Shown in pieces: positions 39,771 to 53,769 of a stretch of 64,000 nucleotides of DNA. Below the pieces are notes generated by a model, which was not told the origin of the DNA, ran no database searches, and worked only from the letters and a program-made list of their open reading frames with translations. A program made the position numbers and the translations under genes. This DNA is from Tubulanus polymorphus (taxonomy: Eukaryota; Animalia; Nemertea), in assembly GCF_964204645.1 (NCBI RefSeq), contig NC_134030.1, positions 12,793,947 through 12,857,946 on the forward strand, written 5' to 3'. Numbering within the stretch: the stretch's first letter is position 1; each line of letters begins with the position of its first letter.

Positions 39771-41146
39771 AGTGATGAAATAAAATAATATCAAGATTTC
39801 ATATTTTCTTTTTGCAAACTAAACCCTTTTAATTTGGAATAAAGGTCCAATGGCCCTGTGGCTCACCATTAAATCATTTAGTGCATATATTGTCAAAAAT
39901 ATTATACTAAATATAAATTAATTTGGATTGAAGATGTATGAGGCTGACAATATATGCGCCTGCAGATGTGTTAGAGTTCTGTGTATACTATCATTGCCGA
40001 GTCACTGTGCTATATATAGACTCACTCAGGTGATTACTAACACCCACACCCATATACTGTAACCTATATTCGCAGGCGGCTGACTGCGGACGCGGGTATA
40101 TACAAATGTACTAGCGACACAGTATAAGATTGGCCGCAATTTCACAAGTCAGAATACATCCATCCACAGAATGTCAAAAATATACAAACATATACAGACT
40201 TTTTTTTCTAGAAATAAAAAAATACCGGCTATGATTGGAAGACCCACTACGAACCCTGTCATTGGTATCGTCATACTTGCTAGTTCAGAATTGCAACTGA
40301 ATTGAATAGCCTACTCGCTTATATTCGTGTCAACAAACAAATTATAAGCAAACGTACGATACCTAATCGAATAAAATGTTCGCCATTTTGTGTTGGGTTT
40401 CACATTAGGCTTTCCAATTACATCAGAGACGCTGAAATTCCTGGAATTTCCCGTATATCCCACAAACAGGCAATCACATTCATTGTAGCTCAGGTTACAA
40501 GGTCAACTCAAATAAATAGAAGCGAGGAAATTTAGGGGGTTTATAAAGTGAGGGCCTGTAGGTCGAAAAGTACCTTGATATCAGTCGAACTAAAAACGGC
40601 GACACTTCCAGGAAGGATTGAACTTTTATATATTTCAATTTCAAGCATGCAAATTGTCATATATAAAAACGTGCCATTATTAAGTGCTAAAAAGCAGGGT
40701 TTTTGCGTGTTTTTCAAGAATAAGTCCCCTAAAAATAACTCGATCACTATGAAATTTTTGTGGGCTCGAGAACTCATTAAGCCAAACCATGAAACCAAAA
40801 ATCAACACAATCGGTTCAACAGCCAATGTTTGTGCCTTGTTGACACACTGGTACTCAATTCATTTTCAATGAAAACTGCTTCATCAGACCGTTTGCATAG
40901 GCAAACCTATGGTTCGCCAAAAATTATATGAAGCATATGTAGATACATTTAACTTGATGATAGTTTAGGGTAACATGCAATTGCTGTCAAAACTGTATGG
41001 TTACTACTCGTAGAACTTGAAAGCATGTTATTCAATGATGTCGTAGATTTTGTAAATTCAATCGATGCCAAATGTCATTTCCTTTTCATGTGGCTTTTTA
41101 AAGCAGCTTCTTCCATGTTACTTATACTGAAACTTTGCTGGCATTT

Positions 41147-41670
41147 TTAGCCCACTTGGGACTTTAGTCCCGGCGGGCTATTGTGTCCACTTTTCGTCTG
41201 TCTGTAGTCTGAAACCAATTATTTTGGGAAATATTTTGTTCATACATGTGTCTATCCAAGATACATCGTCAATTATTTTGGGAAATATTTTGTTCATACA
41301 TGTGTCTATCCAAGATACATCGTCAACCCAAAAAATGGGCCATTGAGAATCAAAATAGCAGACTGGTGGCTTTTACATATGTTTGTGTCCCCCAGAGGCC
41401 CATCTGCACGAGGAAAGTTGGGTTAATCAGACTCAAGATGGCCCTCCTGTGACCTTTTTTGTGCCCGAAATGTCAATTTTGGCACAAAGTTTTTGAGGAA
41501 AATATCAGCAGGTGTTAACTTGTAGTCTCTTCACTTGAAATTGGGATCACCCGATTTTTTTTCCTGCCACCAAGGCGAGAGAAATATTGAATAATATACA
41601 ATTTGTCTATTGGCACCTATGCATATTTCATAACCATGATCAATGGCAATGTTGTAGCTCATGACATGTT
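41147..41670 (+). mobile_element. Partial, diverged HINE family 1 copy with an internal 54-bp duplication
   Basis: TTAGCCCACTTGGGACTTTAGTCCC start; 41218-41325 duplicated unit. Confidence 0.6.
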
Positions 41671-42855
41671 CAGAATCCCACAATGTACAAAGAATTTTAA
41701 AATCGAGAATTTATTTCTAAAATGAAAAATACACGACGTTTCGATCTCACATTAGAGACCATCGTCATTTTGACGATTTCGATGCCAGGGCACTTGAGAA
41801 TGATATCGATGATCACGAATTACGTAGCTTCCTCGATAACCATGTCACACATTATAAACCACAGACTATAGACCACAGCACCATTTACTGAAGAATGCCT
41901 ACCAAATAAAAGCATTACCACTCACACATAGATGTCAATGAATAAATAACTAAATAAATCAATGAATAAAGAAAACACTGAAACCATCACAGTCAGGTTT
42001 GAGATTATCACTAAAAACACAGGCCGAGGGTATATATACAGGGGAAAACAGGTTAATTGAGTAAAATAGTGAGTGAGTAAATAATAAGTGTTTGGCAAGG
42101 CATGAAGTAATATACTTAGAAGGACTATGACGTCATGCCAATGCTAGTAAAATGGATCGAAAGTCGAAAGAAAGCGCTGACTCTTTTCATTTTCATAGTA
42201 ACTTCAAATTGTAACTCTGTTCTTGTAAAACAGTGGACTCAGCTGAAAAAAATGTGACTCAAAAATGTTTCAATACGCGTTATAGGCCTCACTTTCATTA
42301 CCGGAAGTATGTATCAGTTTTCAGAACCTGTCAATTACAATCCAATAAAAATCTGTCGCTTCAAAGGTTCAGTAAGCATTTTCTTATAGATTATACACTC
42401 ACTCACCTTTTCCAAGATATGCCAATAACAACAATGTGTAAAAGATTTTCAAATAGCGATTGGTTCCGTCAAACACACCTAACATATAAACCAGAGCCAA
42501 AAACAAATGAAACGTCAGTCGATTTCGATCGTCGCTTCATCTTGGTTTAATTGTGTATTGTAGGGTTGTTGCCGCTACGTGTGTTTTAAAGAAGGACAGT
42601 GAAGTTGGGAAAGGGCCAGTGAATCTTGGAAATTGTTCAATTAACTTCAAACAGTTTAGCCTAGGCGTAAATGAAATCATGCAGCATCCAGGTTTACACC
42701 ATGCATGTGGAGAGGGTCAATTTGAGTAATTGGGGAAAACCCACTACCGTGTGTATTCGTGGTGATCATCATTTTGCAGTTGCGTGTGAATACTACATGT
42801 TTAGGGCTTCAAGGAGATCATGGCAGTATATTTGCCATTACATGGGCAGTGCATG

Positions 42856-45477
42856 CAGTGCTTCATCTAGCCAAAAATAGAGGGGCGGTCCGCCCCGCCC
42901 CCAAAAATAGCCGCCCTGGTGTCCCATACTTGCCCTTGTGCCCTCATCACTTGCCGTAGGTCCGCCCTCCTGCCCTTGTCAGTCGGCTTTCAAAATGAGC
43001 CGTCGCATCCGACTGTTAGTAAGTATCCTGCGACGGCTATGAAATATCTCGTATGATATCAACGATAGTAGCTCATGTGATCAGTGGTTATATTTAAATG
43101 TACTGCAGTCAGTGTGCATCGTGTGAAAACGTGCCTCAGACGCGTGGCCTAGTTTAAGTTTCCAGGAAAATGGCTGACTTCCAAACTACTGCCAATCATT
43201 CTAGCGACTGCCGCTGTAAACCTGGTAGTGTATATTCGATGGATTGTTTCGTTTTGAACACATCGTGATGCTCTGGATATTTTTATCTAGACTATTAGAC
43301 AAATTTTACATATACAAGGTGAAAAACTCGCAGAGACAATTAGTTTGAGTAGCCTAATAGCAATAATGTGTTCTTAAGCTGGCTGCTTACCAATTATCAA
43401 CAGTTACTTGCCAATCACTAACACTATCAATTTAAATCAATTAATTTGATATTTCTAAGATTAAAAATATGCAATTTCATGTGGGCCTATACACTATTGC
43501 TGGCTCTTTTTCGCTGTATCATTTGCTTTTGAGATTGCTTTTTCTACTATTTTTTGTCTGCAACTGGTTTTCCAAACTGGTTTTCCAAATCATTTTGAAA
43601 GCCCTATCAATATTGATTAACTTTTGTTCATTGACAGGCATAGGTGTAAGGATGTACTGTGGTCTAGTGTGTCACTCATGGCAAAATCAGAGTTAAACAT
43701 AGCTTTAAGTCCTCAATCGTAGTAGGGGGTACCTCAATTCTATGCAATAGGGAACATTGCAGGTTGCCCCTAATACAGACATGAGTGCGTTATTATGTGC
43801 CCTTGCTCCAATGGAATCACGCACAAAAATGCTCTTATTTGAAATCAGCACCCTGCCCCTTTTTAGCCCACTTGGGATTTTAGTCCCAGCGGGCTATTGC
43901 GTTCACTTTTCGTCCGTTGTCCGTCCGTCCGTCCGTCGTCCGTCCGTCCGTACGTCCGTAGACGGAATCCAGTTATTTTGGGAAGTTTTGAAGACCCTTT
44001 AAGGTAATGTCTTGATATTTGTGTTACACATGTATCTACCCTAGACACATCTTCAGCCCAAAAACTGGCCCTGTCAGATTCAAGATGGCCGACTGGCAGC
44101 CATTGTTGTTCGCCAAAATCAGCACTTTTTACACATTTTTGAACTTTTTGAGGGAAATTTTGAAGACGCTTTTATCAATTACCTTGATCTTTCGGATATA
44201 TGTGAATTCCCCCAGGGCCCATCAGCATAACAAAAATTGGGTCGATCGGACTCAAGATGGCCGTCCTATGACCTTTTTAGTGCCCAAAAATGTTATTTTT
44301 GGCCCAAATTCTGAGTCCTGTAGCTTCCTACTGGTTTATCATTTCTCATTGCAATTTGTGATGGGTATTCTTTGGAAAGGGATGTTTTATACCTGAGATA
44401 GGTATTTTTCATCAGCCTATTATGACGCAATTGGCGGCCATCTTGGTGTCAGCAGTACTCATTCTAATGGGAAAAAGTTTTTCCACATTATATTGATACC
44501 TAAGCGTATTTTGTTACCACAATCAATTATAAAGTTGTAGCTCATAACGTGTTCTATGATTGTGGTGAGTTTGAAGGTCATTGGTTTTTGTATATGGCCA
44601 CCAGGGGGCGTTGAATAATACAATATCTTAGTATTTCTATATTATATTCGTATCAATGCATATTTTGTAACCACAATCAATTGCAAAGTTGTAGCTCATG
44701 ACATCATCTATGATTGTGGCAAGTTTTAAGGCCATTAGTTATTCTATATGGTCACCAGGGGGCGTTGAATAGTAGAATAACTTAGTATTTCCTTATTGTA
44801 TTGGTACCTAGGCATATTTTGTTACCACAATCAATTAGAAAGTTGTAGCTCATAACGTGTTCTATGATTGTGGTGAGTTTGAAGGTCATTGGTTTTTGTA
44901 TATGGCCACCAGGGGGCGTTGAATAATACAATATCTTAGTATTTCTATATATTATTCGTATCAATGCATATTTTGTAACCACAATCAATTGCAAAGTTGT
45001 AGCTCATGACATCATCTATGATTGTGGCAAGTTTTAAGGCCATTAGTTATTCTATATGGTCACCAGGGGGCGTTGAATAGTAGAATAACTTAGTATTTAC
45101 TTATTGTATTGGTACCTAGGCATATTTTGTTACCATGATCAATTACTAAGTTATAGGTCGTGACGTGTTCTATGATTGTGGTGAGTTTCAAGGTCATTGG
45201 GTTTTGAATATGGTCACCAGGGGGCGTTGAATAGTAGAATAACTTAGTATTTCCATATTAAAGTGGTAACGAGGCATATTTTGTTATCACAATCAATTAC
45301 AAAATCGTAGCTGCTGACATGTTCTATGATTGTGGTGAGTTTCAAGGTCATTGAATTCTGTATATGGTCACCAGGGGGCGTTGAATATTGAAATTGTTAG
45401 ATTGTTGAGCATTTGGAACCACTTCCCAAGTGGGCATGGTGTCCCTGGACCCCTAGTTAATGCTAGATGAAGCCCTG
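42856..45477. mobile_element. Second copy of the 33478-34459 hAT-like element, interrupted near its right end by a HINE
   Basis: Colinear with 33478-34440 up to 43862, resuming as AATGCTAGATGAAGCCCTG at 45459-45477; flanks GCATG/GGATG. Confidence 0.8.
43863..45457 (+). mobile_element. HINE family 1, longest copy (6 internal ~154-bp units)
   Basis: Complete termini, long (TCCG)n, and GG(C/T)CACCAGGGGGCG at ~44597, 44751, 44904, 45059, 45213 and 45368. Confidence 0.82.
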
Positions 45478-48400
45478 GGATGAGATTGAATTTGGGTCAG
45501 TTGGCACAACGAACCCTGAACTGTGCGCGCCGCCGTGGTAAACAATAAGGGCAAGCTCTCATTCTAAATCTTTAGAATATGGAGTAGGTCTAAGGCCAAA
45601 AAAAAAGATGCCTTGTTTCTCATCACACTTTTGTTTTTTACCATGACGAGGGCGGGCGGTTTTTATTTTTATGTACTTTTAAAAAAAAAAAAGTAGAAAT
45701 AAAAAGAACTGTTTGAATTTTTTTTGGGGATGCGGGAGGTGTCTTTTTATTTTTATTATATCAATAAAAATATCCCTCTGACATATTTTCTTCAGATGCG
45801 GGAGGTAGTTTTTTATTTTTATTTAACTGGAAAATCACTGCTTAATCCTGAAAATGATTGGTGAATCCTGAAAATCCATTGCAACACCTCAAATAAAAAA
45901 AAGAGTAAACTTCAAAATTAAACAATAAAAACATTATATTAACCATAAAATGTTACAAAACTTAATTGAATGATTAACAAACTTGATTTATAAAATGAAA
46001 TTACAAACTTAATAAAAATGAATTACAGTTTTAACATAATAATATAGATACGATTTGAGACCATCGAGAAGCAACGCCCAATATTGATGGAAAACATACA
46101 ATTTGGCCTAACACTAAAGGGACATTGTCGGAATTTATGCTAGACATTGGCTTGGTTTATAAAATGAAATTACAAACTTGATAAAAATGAATTACAGAAT
46201 TTTAACATAATAATGTACATATGATTTGAGACCATCTAGAGCCAAAGCCCAATATGGATGGAAAACACACATATTGGCCTAACACCTAACCCTTGTCGAA
46301 ATTTATACTGGACATTGGCTCTAAATAGCTGTATATCCAGTATAAACTTTTCAACCAACAAAAATGTATAAAAATATAATATGTAAAAATGCAAATTTAC
46401 TTGAAGCCCAATGTTCTACAGGCTGCAAATTAGAATCTAATTCAAGGCAATGCGTACATATAGTGTGCCAAAATTTACTTGTCAAATACTTTCCTTTTAC
46501 GCTTGAGAACACGACCTAATTTTGTGTCAAAGCAGGGTTCACAGATGGGGTACAAGTCAACCGAACCAGCTGCAGTGGTGAAATCCTCCTGACCCCCACA
46601 ATTGGTGCAGATATTGACAAACTGTTGACTGGAGTAATACGGGACTTCAATAGGCGATAAGCAGTTTAGATTTTTGCGTATGTATACCTTATCGCCTAAC
46701 AACTTCTCATCTTCATTTTCAGATTCAAACACTATTTCTTTTATAGTGGTACCACATACATAGAGCACAGACTCCATCAACACCATAAGATTTTCCCGTT
46801 CTTTAGGCGATAGCTTTTTAGCCGAATATAAAACACGGGATTTGTCACACTCGCTACAAATAGCAATTTCACCAACATTTTTAGCAGTTTGTGCTGTAGG
46901 ATTGAAGGGAATTTCATGCCCACCAGTTTTCTGGGTGCTAGATGGGGGCTTGTCGGTGGTTTTTGTACCATAAACCTCAGTAAATGGTTTGTAATGTTCC
47001 CCAGAATCATCTACCACAGGGAATGGGAGGAAATGTATTTCCTTGAAGTCGTCTGCCGGTATAGTTGAAAGGGAGCAGAGCTGGCAATCGAATGCACCAC
47101 ATTTTTTAAGGCAGAAACTGTATTGACCAGTCTGCCCACAGTGTTTAAGGAGATTCTTAATGACCTGGCTTTTATGTACATCCCGAGATTTAGAGTAAGG
47201 GTCTAGTTGTTCATCTAAGTCATTTACAGTTTCGAAAAATTCTCTGATTTCTTCTTCCGTAGCTGATTCCATGCATGTGAAACTCTCACCTTTAAGTTCT
47301 AATTTTTCAATGAGGGAATTCAGTAACTGCTTTGCAGGGCGGGTTGAATCTAAGAGAGCAGGGCCCATCCCATCATTTTTCTCAACAGCAGCTCTTATCT
47401 CTTTCATATTACTACACCCAGAGAGAATGTTTTCGAAACTGTCAGTAGACTCCTGCCGCATAAGACCAACACATTGTAGGGCAATATTGATAATTGACAT
47501 TATGCGCTCAACTGGGTTTAACCAGCTATTATATGGTGGTGTTCTTACAGCAACCAAGAGATCAAGCTGAAATCTCAAGAAAATACACAGATACGACAAC
47601 TGTACAGTTATAAAATTAAGCCTGTGGTCAGGGCCACCATCCGAATAAATAAACAGAATTGGCTTTCTAACCTGAGTATCCAATATCTTGATAATTTCAG
47701 TGGCATGTCGAATTGGGCTAGACGGTTCTAATATACTATCTTTGAGATTCACAAAGACTTGCCCAGAATAGAAACTCCCAGTGATTGAGTCTGGCACATC
47801 AATCAGCAATGTCACACTTGGAGTCAACCCAAACTTTGTGAAATCATGATCACCAACTGAAAATAGCTTATCCTTGTCTACAATTACCTGCTTACCACGA
47901 TCACACGCTGCCACAGGATATCCCGGTTCACCTAATTTGATTTTATGTTTATCATCTATTGAAATAAAGACACATTTATCTCTAAACCTAATGGCCATCT
48001 CACGTTCGTATTTGTACAATGCTGATGCATAGTGAGAATCAATGTGTGAGTGCCTCACCTGCCTTTTCTGCACCATATACTTCAATTTTAACCTACCCGT
48101 GTATTGGTAGGCAGATTTTGAATATGGGTCCTTCGGCCAAAATTGAAGTCTAAGCCATTGTTCAGAAGGTATAGGTGTACCTTCTGGACAATGGCTGGAG
48201 ACTTCTTTGTGTAGGTGGTGGATGGACATTGCTGTGGCAATATGGCACACAGCATCATGGCGACGATCATCTGTAACCTCGCCACAAATTTCATTTATAT
48301 ACTTCTCCACCTCAACCCAAAACGGCTAAAACTTGGCTTCCCGGCCTTGATTTAAGGTTCTCATATCTGCCACCAGATCTACATCCCCAGATTCCATAAT

Positions 48401-49807
48401 AAGCCTGACACGTGAATCAATTATGGCCTGCTCTGCAGTTTCTCCAACAGACATATCACCCGAAATAAGTTTATAGATATTTCTGAATACCAGAGGTTTT
48501 AATTTTACTACAGACCCGACCATTTTTTCAACAACTTTGCGCATTTCACGTGTATGGAATTTTGGCATGTCGGCCGACAGTTTAAGGATAATATGGCTAT
48601 TTGAATCTATTGTATCTTCATTTTCTGAGCATTTCCATACAAAATGCAAGGAACCAAGATTGTTTCCAGTACTGTAAGTGTACAAGACAGACCTAAATCC
48701 AACACCATACATTTTTATGCTTTTTATAACTTTGTACCTTTCTTGAGGATTTTCAGGTAGGTATTGGTTCAGAAATAGAGGTTCATTGTCACCCAATACA
48801 GTTAAAGCTTCATAAATGTCTGTCATATATTCAGCATGAATTTTGGGAAATGGCATACCATATGGCAAGTCTATAGTACTATAAGCGTCATCAACACTCC
48901 GTACTGGTTCCTGTAAACTGTGTATCCGATTCATTTCTGCTGTTCTCTTATTCAGATAATCGATATACTTGTCTAATGCCATAGCTAGGTTCTCTACCAT
49001 CTCCTTCATGTGCTTCCATTGGTCATCTGTAGAAATCCATTTCTAGAATACAAAAATATTTGAATTTTGATAATCCCTTGTCAAAATTTTGTTTGTGGAA
49101 TACATGACTTGCCCACAGATTTTTACATTTAATACCATGGCCCTAAAAACAGAGCAGTTTGAAATGCAATGACATAAGCCTGAAGCATCACTGAGCAAGC
49201 TGAAATAAAGGCTTGTATGTAATAAACAGGAAGTGGATAAGTCCGTCAAAGTAATACATAGAAATATAAAGTCTGCTGTCCACCATTGAATTTTAACTAT
49301 TGATATAGTTCATAGTCAGTTAAAGAAAATAAAAATGCAATACAGACATCCTTGAAATAATGCCCATGACGTGTTCTTGTGTAGGAAATATTTTACATTT
49401 ACAATCTTGTTTGTGAATATATTCGCTAAAGTATAATTAATTTTCTCTAACTCGGTTTTCAAATATAATTTTAAAGTATGAAAATTCAAGGGGGTTTACC
49501 TGTTGTAAAACAGTAAATAACATATCTCTAAATGATGACATCTCCGTTTCAGATAGTTGCGTACGTTTATGTTTGTGGAGCTCCGGGCGATTATACCCAT
49601 TTAGTGGCTTGAGTGCTGTTGGGATTTCGCAGCTCCGAGAAGCTAATTTATCCTGAAAATAGATATAAAACATTTTAAACGTGCATATAGCTTCCATTCA
49701 AAGTCTTGTGCGAAAAGTTAGTGGACATTTTATGCTTTCCGGAAAAAACGCATTAAAACATTTTCCGCAAATTGATCACAATGAATTTTAATGTCCGAAG
49801 AGAAACA

Positions 49808-50154
49808 AATAGGGGTCCAGGGACACCATGCCCTCTTGGGATAAGTATAATTATACTTCAATGAAAAATGGCAAACCAGTAGGAAGCTACAGGACTCGGC
49901 TACCAGTAGGAAGCTACAGGAAAATTGACATTTTTGGGCACAAAAAAGGTCACAGGACGGCCATCTTGAGTGTGATCGACCCAATTTTTCTCATGCTGAT
50001 AGGCCCTTGGGGATACAAATACATACGAAAGATCAAGATAATTGATCAAAGCATCTTCAAAATTTCCCTTGAAAACTTCAAAAATGTGTAAGTGCTGATT
50101 TTGGTGAACAATAAACGCAATAGCCCGCTGGGACTAAAGTCCCAAGTGGGCTAA
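49808..50154 (-). mobile_element. Internally deleted HINE family 1 copy in Zator intron 1
   Basis: Reverse-complement termini TAGGGGTCCAGGGACACCATGCCC ... GTCCCAAGTGGGCTAA. Confidence 0.72.
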
Positions 50155-50326
50155 AAATGAGAAGCTGGAAGACGATTTAATACAATTTCTCGTTGATTTG
50201 AAAATTTCTAAAATGGGGAGGGGGTACTGGGCAGACAGCCGTCAATTCTAAATTGAGCAACATTTTGGTTAATAGGCATATAACAACATGTATTCTCTGA
50301 CCTTGTAGAATTTTATGTATAGCTTA

Positions 50327-51293
50327 GGCCAAAACAAAATATATGTGTGGATACTATCGCCTCCAATTTTTTTGGGGAAGGTAGGTAGGAAAATTGTTTT
50401 ATTTTTTCAAAAACCTTTTATTTGAAAATGAATGGGGAACGCGCTAATGGGATAAACTTACGACATACTATAGCAAGAAAATTAACTTGCAAGTACCACT
50501 ATGACTAACTTCCAAGTATATGGCCTATGGAAGTAATGTATCAGTAATACCATCACCTCAAAAGTCAAAGAATGCGAAGGGTTTTTTTCATTGCTTATTC
50601 ATTATTTTCAGTCACAAAATAAGCAACGCTTAAAAACCTAAGAACCTTTACCAACAAATAAACAACATACATATTAATTCAAGAATTTTTTGATGTGTTA
50701 CTTGGTAATTATAAATCATCATCACCCTTGTTTACCTTTCATCAGTATCAAAATTTTGAAGCTGAAGAAATGTGTAAAACTACGATGTATTGTACCTAGG
50801 TCTCCAAACGTTAACAAAAAAAATATCTCTTAGTTATCAATAGGACTATTTATGGCCTGTTGAATCAGAGACTACGACACTGTAAAAAATATAAGCCTTA
50901 TTACAATTCAACAGAGACTAGACATAACAGACTGTCCAATGATTTATGATAGCATTTGGAGTGAAATTGGGCAACAGGTTCAATTTATGTTCGATAGATG
51001 GCGCTAGTAGTAGCTCAGCTGTCAAAATATGTGAGCTCACATGGCAGTCACATTCCGGTAATAATCCCTAAATTTCAAGACATAAAGATTGCAATCCCGG
51101 TCGATTTTGAAAAAGTTTTATCGATGACTTTTATATGTGTTGTGCATTTTCCGGATGTTTGAACATGAACAATGAAAAATGGTTACTCCAAAATTTTAGA
51201 TGACGAAAATTAAGCCAATAAAATAAAATGACTCGGCGTAATTCATTTAAATCGGTGGGGAGACCGTAACCACACATACATTTTGTTTTGGCC
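50327..51293. mobile_element. Zator-type MITE (third family) nested in Zator intron 1
   Basis: TIR GGCCAAAACAAAAT(A/G)TATGTGTGG with TSD TTA on both sides. Confidence 0.8.
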
Positions 51294-53769
51294 TTAAATA
51301 AAAATCAGCAAGTTTTAAGGAAAAACAGACAGGTATAAGTCAGCTACTTACATGATTGCCGTCTAACATCCACATGACATCGGTCAATAATGTGACGAAG
51401 TTATTCCCAATCGTCAATGATGATGCTGGCCAGCCTGGTCCACCCATGGTTTTAAAGACTAGCAACACATGATTAAACAGTTCATCTTTTTTGTTTCTTA
51501 TTGGATCAATCATCGGGGGCCAGGATTTTCTTGCAGCTGCAGCCATTAATGTCTGGAATGCATTCCGCTCTGCTGTACTGCTACTGGCCTTTTTTGTCTC
51601 CAAAGTATATTTTACATATATACCAAAGTCTTTTAAATCACTGATTACAGATGTCACAGGTATTGACTGGAAGTGACCTTCTAAGGTCCTAGAAATATCG
51701 GCTTTCAGTAAATCTGGACACTCTCTCTCTATATACTTCTCGTGAACGTCACGCATTTCTTCACTAACTGTCAAGTTTGAGTAAGGACCGGCCAACGCAT
51801 TTTCGAAAAGTTCCATCACTGTTGACTCTGGAGATACTTGTAGAATTGGCCAACGTAGTATTGGCTTCTTTTGGAATATTATTTGAACAGATAGCAACAT
51901 CTTGGACGCTATTACCACCACATTTTACCAAGAGAAATCGCTTCGAATAAGAATCACGCCAGAAATCAAGCTCCACAGCGACCTTGGCATTTGACATTTA
52001 GGCCTACGGTAACCGACTCCGTTGATATGGGTTCGAGTCACCAGTGTGGTGCCGATGATATTTATGATATTTATATTTATATATCAACTTTTCTCGATAC
52101 GTTCATAGAGATATAAAATGATAAAAAGATGACGATATGCGTAATATAACGATGCGGGCGGGCGGATTTTAATTTTTATAAAAAACAAATTTATTTTCGA
52201 GCTATGATGCGGGAGGGCGGACTTTATTTTTATCGCTAATTTGCCGATGATTTTTCCGATGCGGGCGGGATTTCAAAATCATGAGAAACAAGACATCTTT
52301 TTTTTTGGCCTAAAATGAAATCTCCAAAATGCCGGTTTATGTCGTAATTATTTTTGTCTCAGGACCCAAAATAATGGCCTCGATTCAAATAGAGCACAAT
52401 TTCGATTCACCAATTAGCGCTTAGGAATTTCACTATGTAGTGTCAATTACTCCTCAAAAATTTCAAGGTAAAATCCAAGTTCATCACAATACCAAATAGC
52501 TCATTTGCTGTTTATTTCCATGCATTAAATGTTGTGTTATTCTGTAGTCAAGGCTTTCATATGATGTAAGATTTGATAAGGTGGGCCACCAAAATGGTGT
52601 CCTTTTGGCCCTCCTGAAATTAATCCGAACTTACTTGGATTTGAAGTGAGCGCTCAGATCTGTCATGTTCAAACTCGATATACTCGAGAAATGGAAATAG
52701 GAGGATGTTGATTTCTGTTTGGTATTTGAGGACTTAAGTGTGTAGTTTATTGTAAGCTATTGGGTTCAAATCCCACTATAACCGTTTTCGTGCAACATAC
52801 GAAAAAAGTGCCGGGCTCCTGAACAAGCTGCAACGCTCAATACATGTACTTAGCATGTAATTTACATACATAACTCAATCATTACTTAATTTGTTATGGA
52901 TCAGATATTAATAAGCTGTACAGGTAATAAGCCTAAAAACCCTTGAAAGCTCATGCATGTTAATCTTACAATATGTACAGATCAGTGAAATCATTCAGCT
53001 CATGAATAATCTGTATAGTTCATGAGTAGGAAGGAGTGTATCGGGAGTTAATCCAATAATTCAATACTCAGTTGATCCGAATCTGGGTGAAAGCTATTAG
53101 AGGGGTCATCTCTATTATGTTGCCAAGTATAATTTATTGGACATCATTCTTAGATACCTTAGGAAGTGTTCATAAATGTTGTACAAAAAGTATAAAGGGG
53201 GCATCGATCTTAATCACCCTCACTATATGTACCGGAATATCGATTGTGTATATCATCTAACTTAAACAATGGTTACCATAAAACTTATTACAGCCAACTG
53301 GTTAATCGGGTCAAGGTCTGTGTGTATATTGGTAAAATTATCGTTCGAAACCTCGTAGTCTTCCATGATATCGTGATATGAACGTAATCAAGACTAAGCT
53401 ATGCTAGCAATACCCCTCGGCCAAAGTATGAAGGCTCAACATATTTGAATTGAGACAATCCAATTGTAGGCTTAAGAGGAACAAGGTTCAAAATACCTAT
53501 TCCACACACAAATATTCCTTTGGTGGCTATCATTTATGACCTGAGCTTGAGTGCTAATGGGTTAAGAAACATCTTTGGAACTTAAATATTTAATGGGGAT
53601 TTCTGATGAATACAAAATAGAAAATAGTCAATCGATTGACAGGATCTAAGAAAATGTCATTTTTGGCATCAATCCAACATGCCACAAAAGGGAATATCTT
53701 TTTGGGATAAGAAATATGTTGGATGACAGCTGGTTACCAATGAAACATTTTCTAGATTGCTCAAGGTTG

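Larger units (their letters stand above)
46475..51900 (-). pseudogene. Zator-family DDE transposase, 3 exons (51900-51352, 49652-49500, 49042-46475), ~1090 codons, one in-frame TAG at 48326-48328
   Basis: Catalytic-type motifs SIDDKHKIKLGEPG, DHDF, YSDGGPDHR and TPPYNSWLNPVERIMS; C-terminal CxxC clusters; phase-0 GT-AG junctions DGNH|DKLA and LQQ|KWIS. Confidence 0.82.
45594..52310 (-). mobile_element. Zator DNA transposon, full length (6717 bp)
   Basis: TIR GGCCAAAAAAAAAGATG(C/T)CTTGTTTCTCAT at both ends, TSD TAA (45591-45593, 52311-52313), subterminal GCGGG(A/C)GG repeats, and an internal DDE transposase. Confidence 0.9.

Noticed and set aside
51764-51997. ORF MSNAKV... as the transposase start
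   Set aside because: Out of frame with exon 1; the ATG at 51900 gives an open phase-0 exon.
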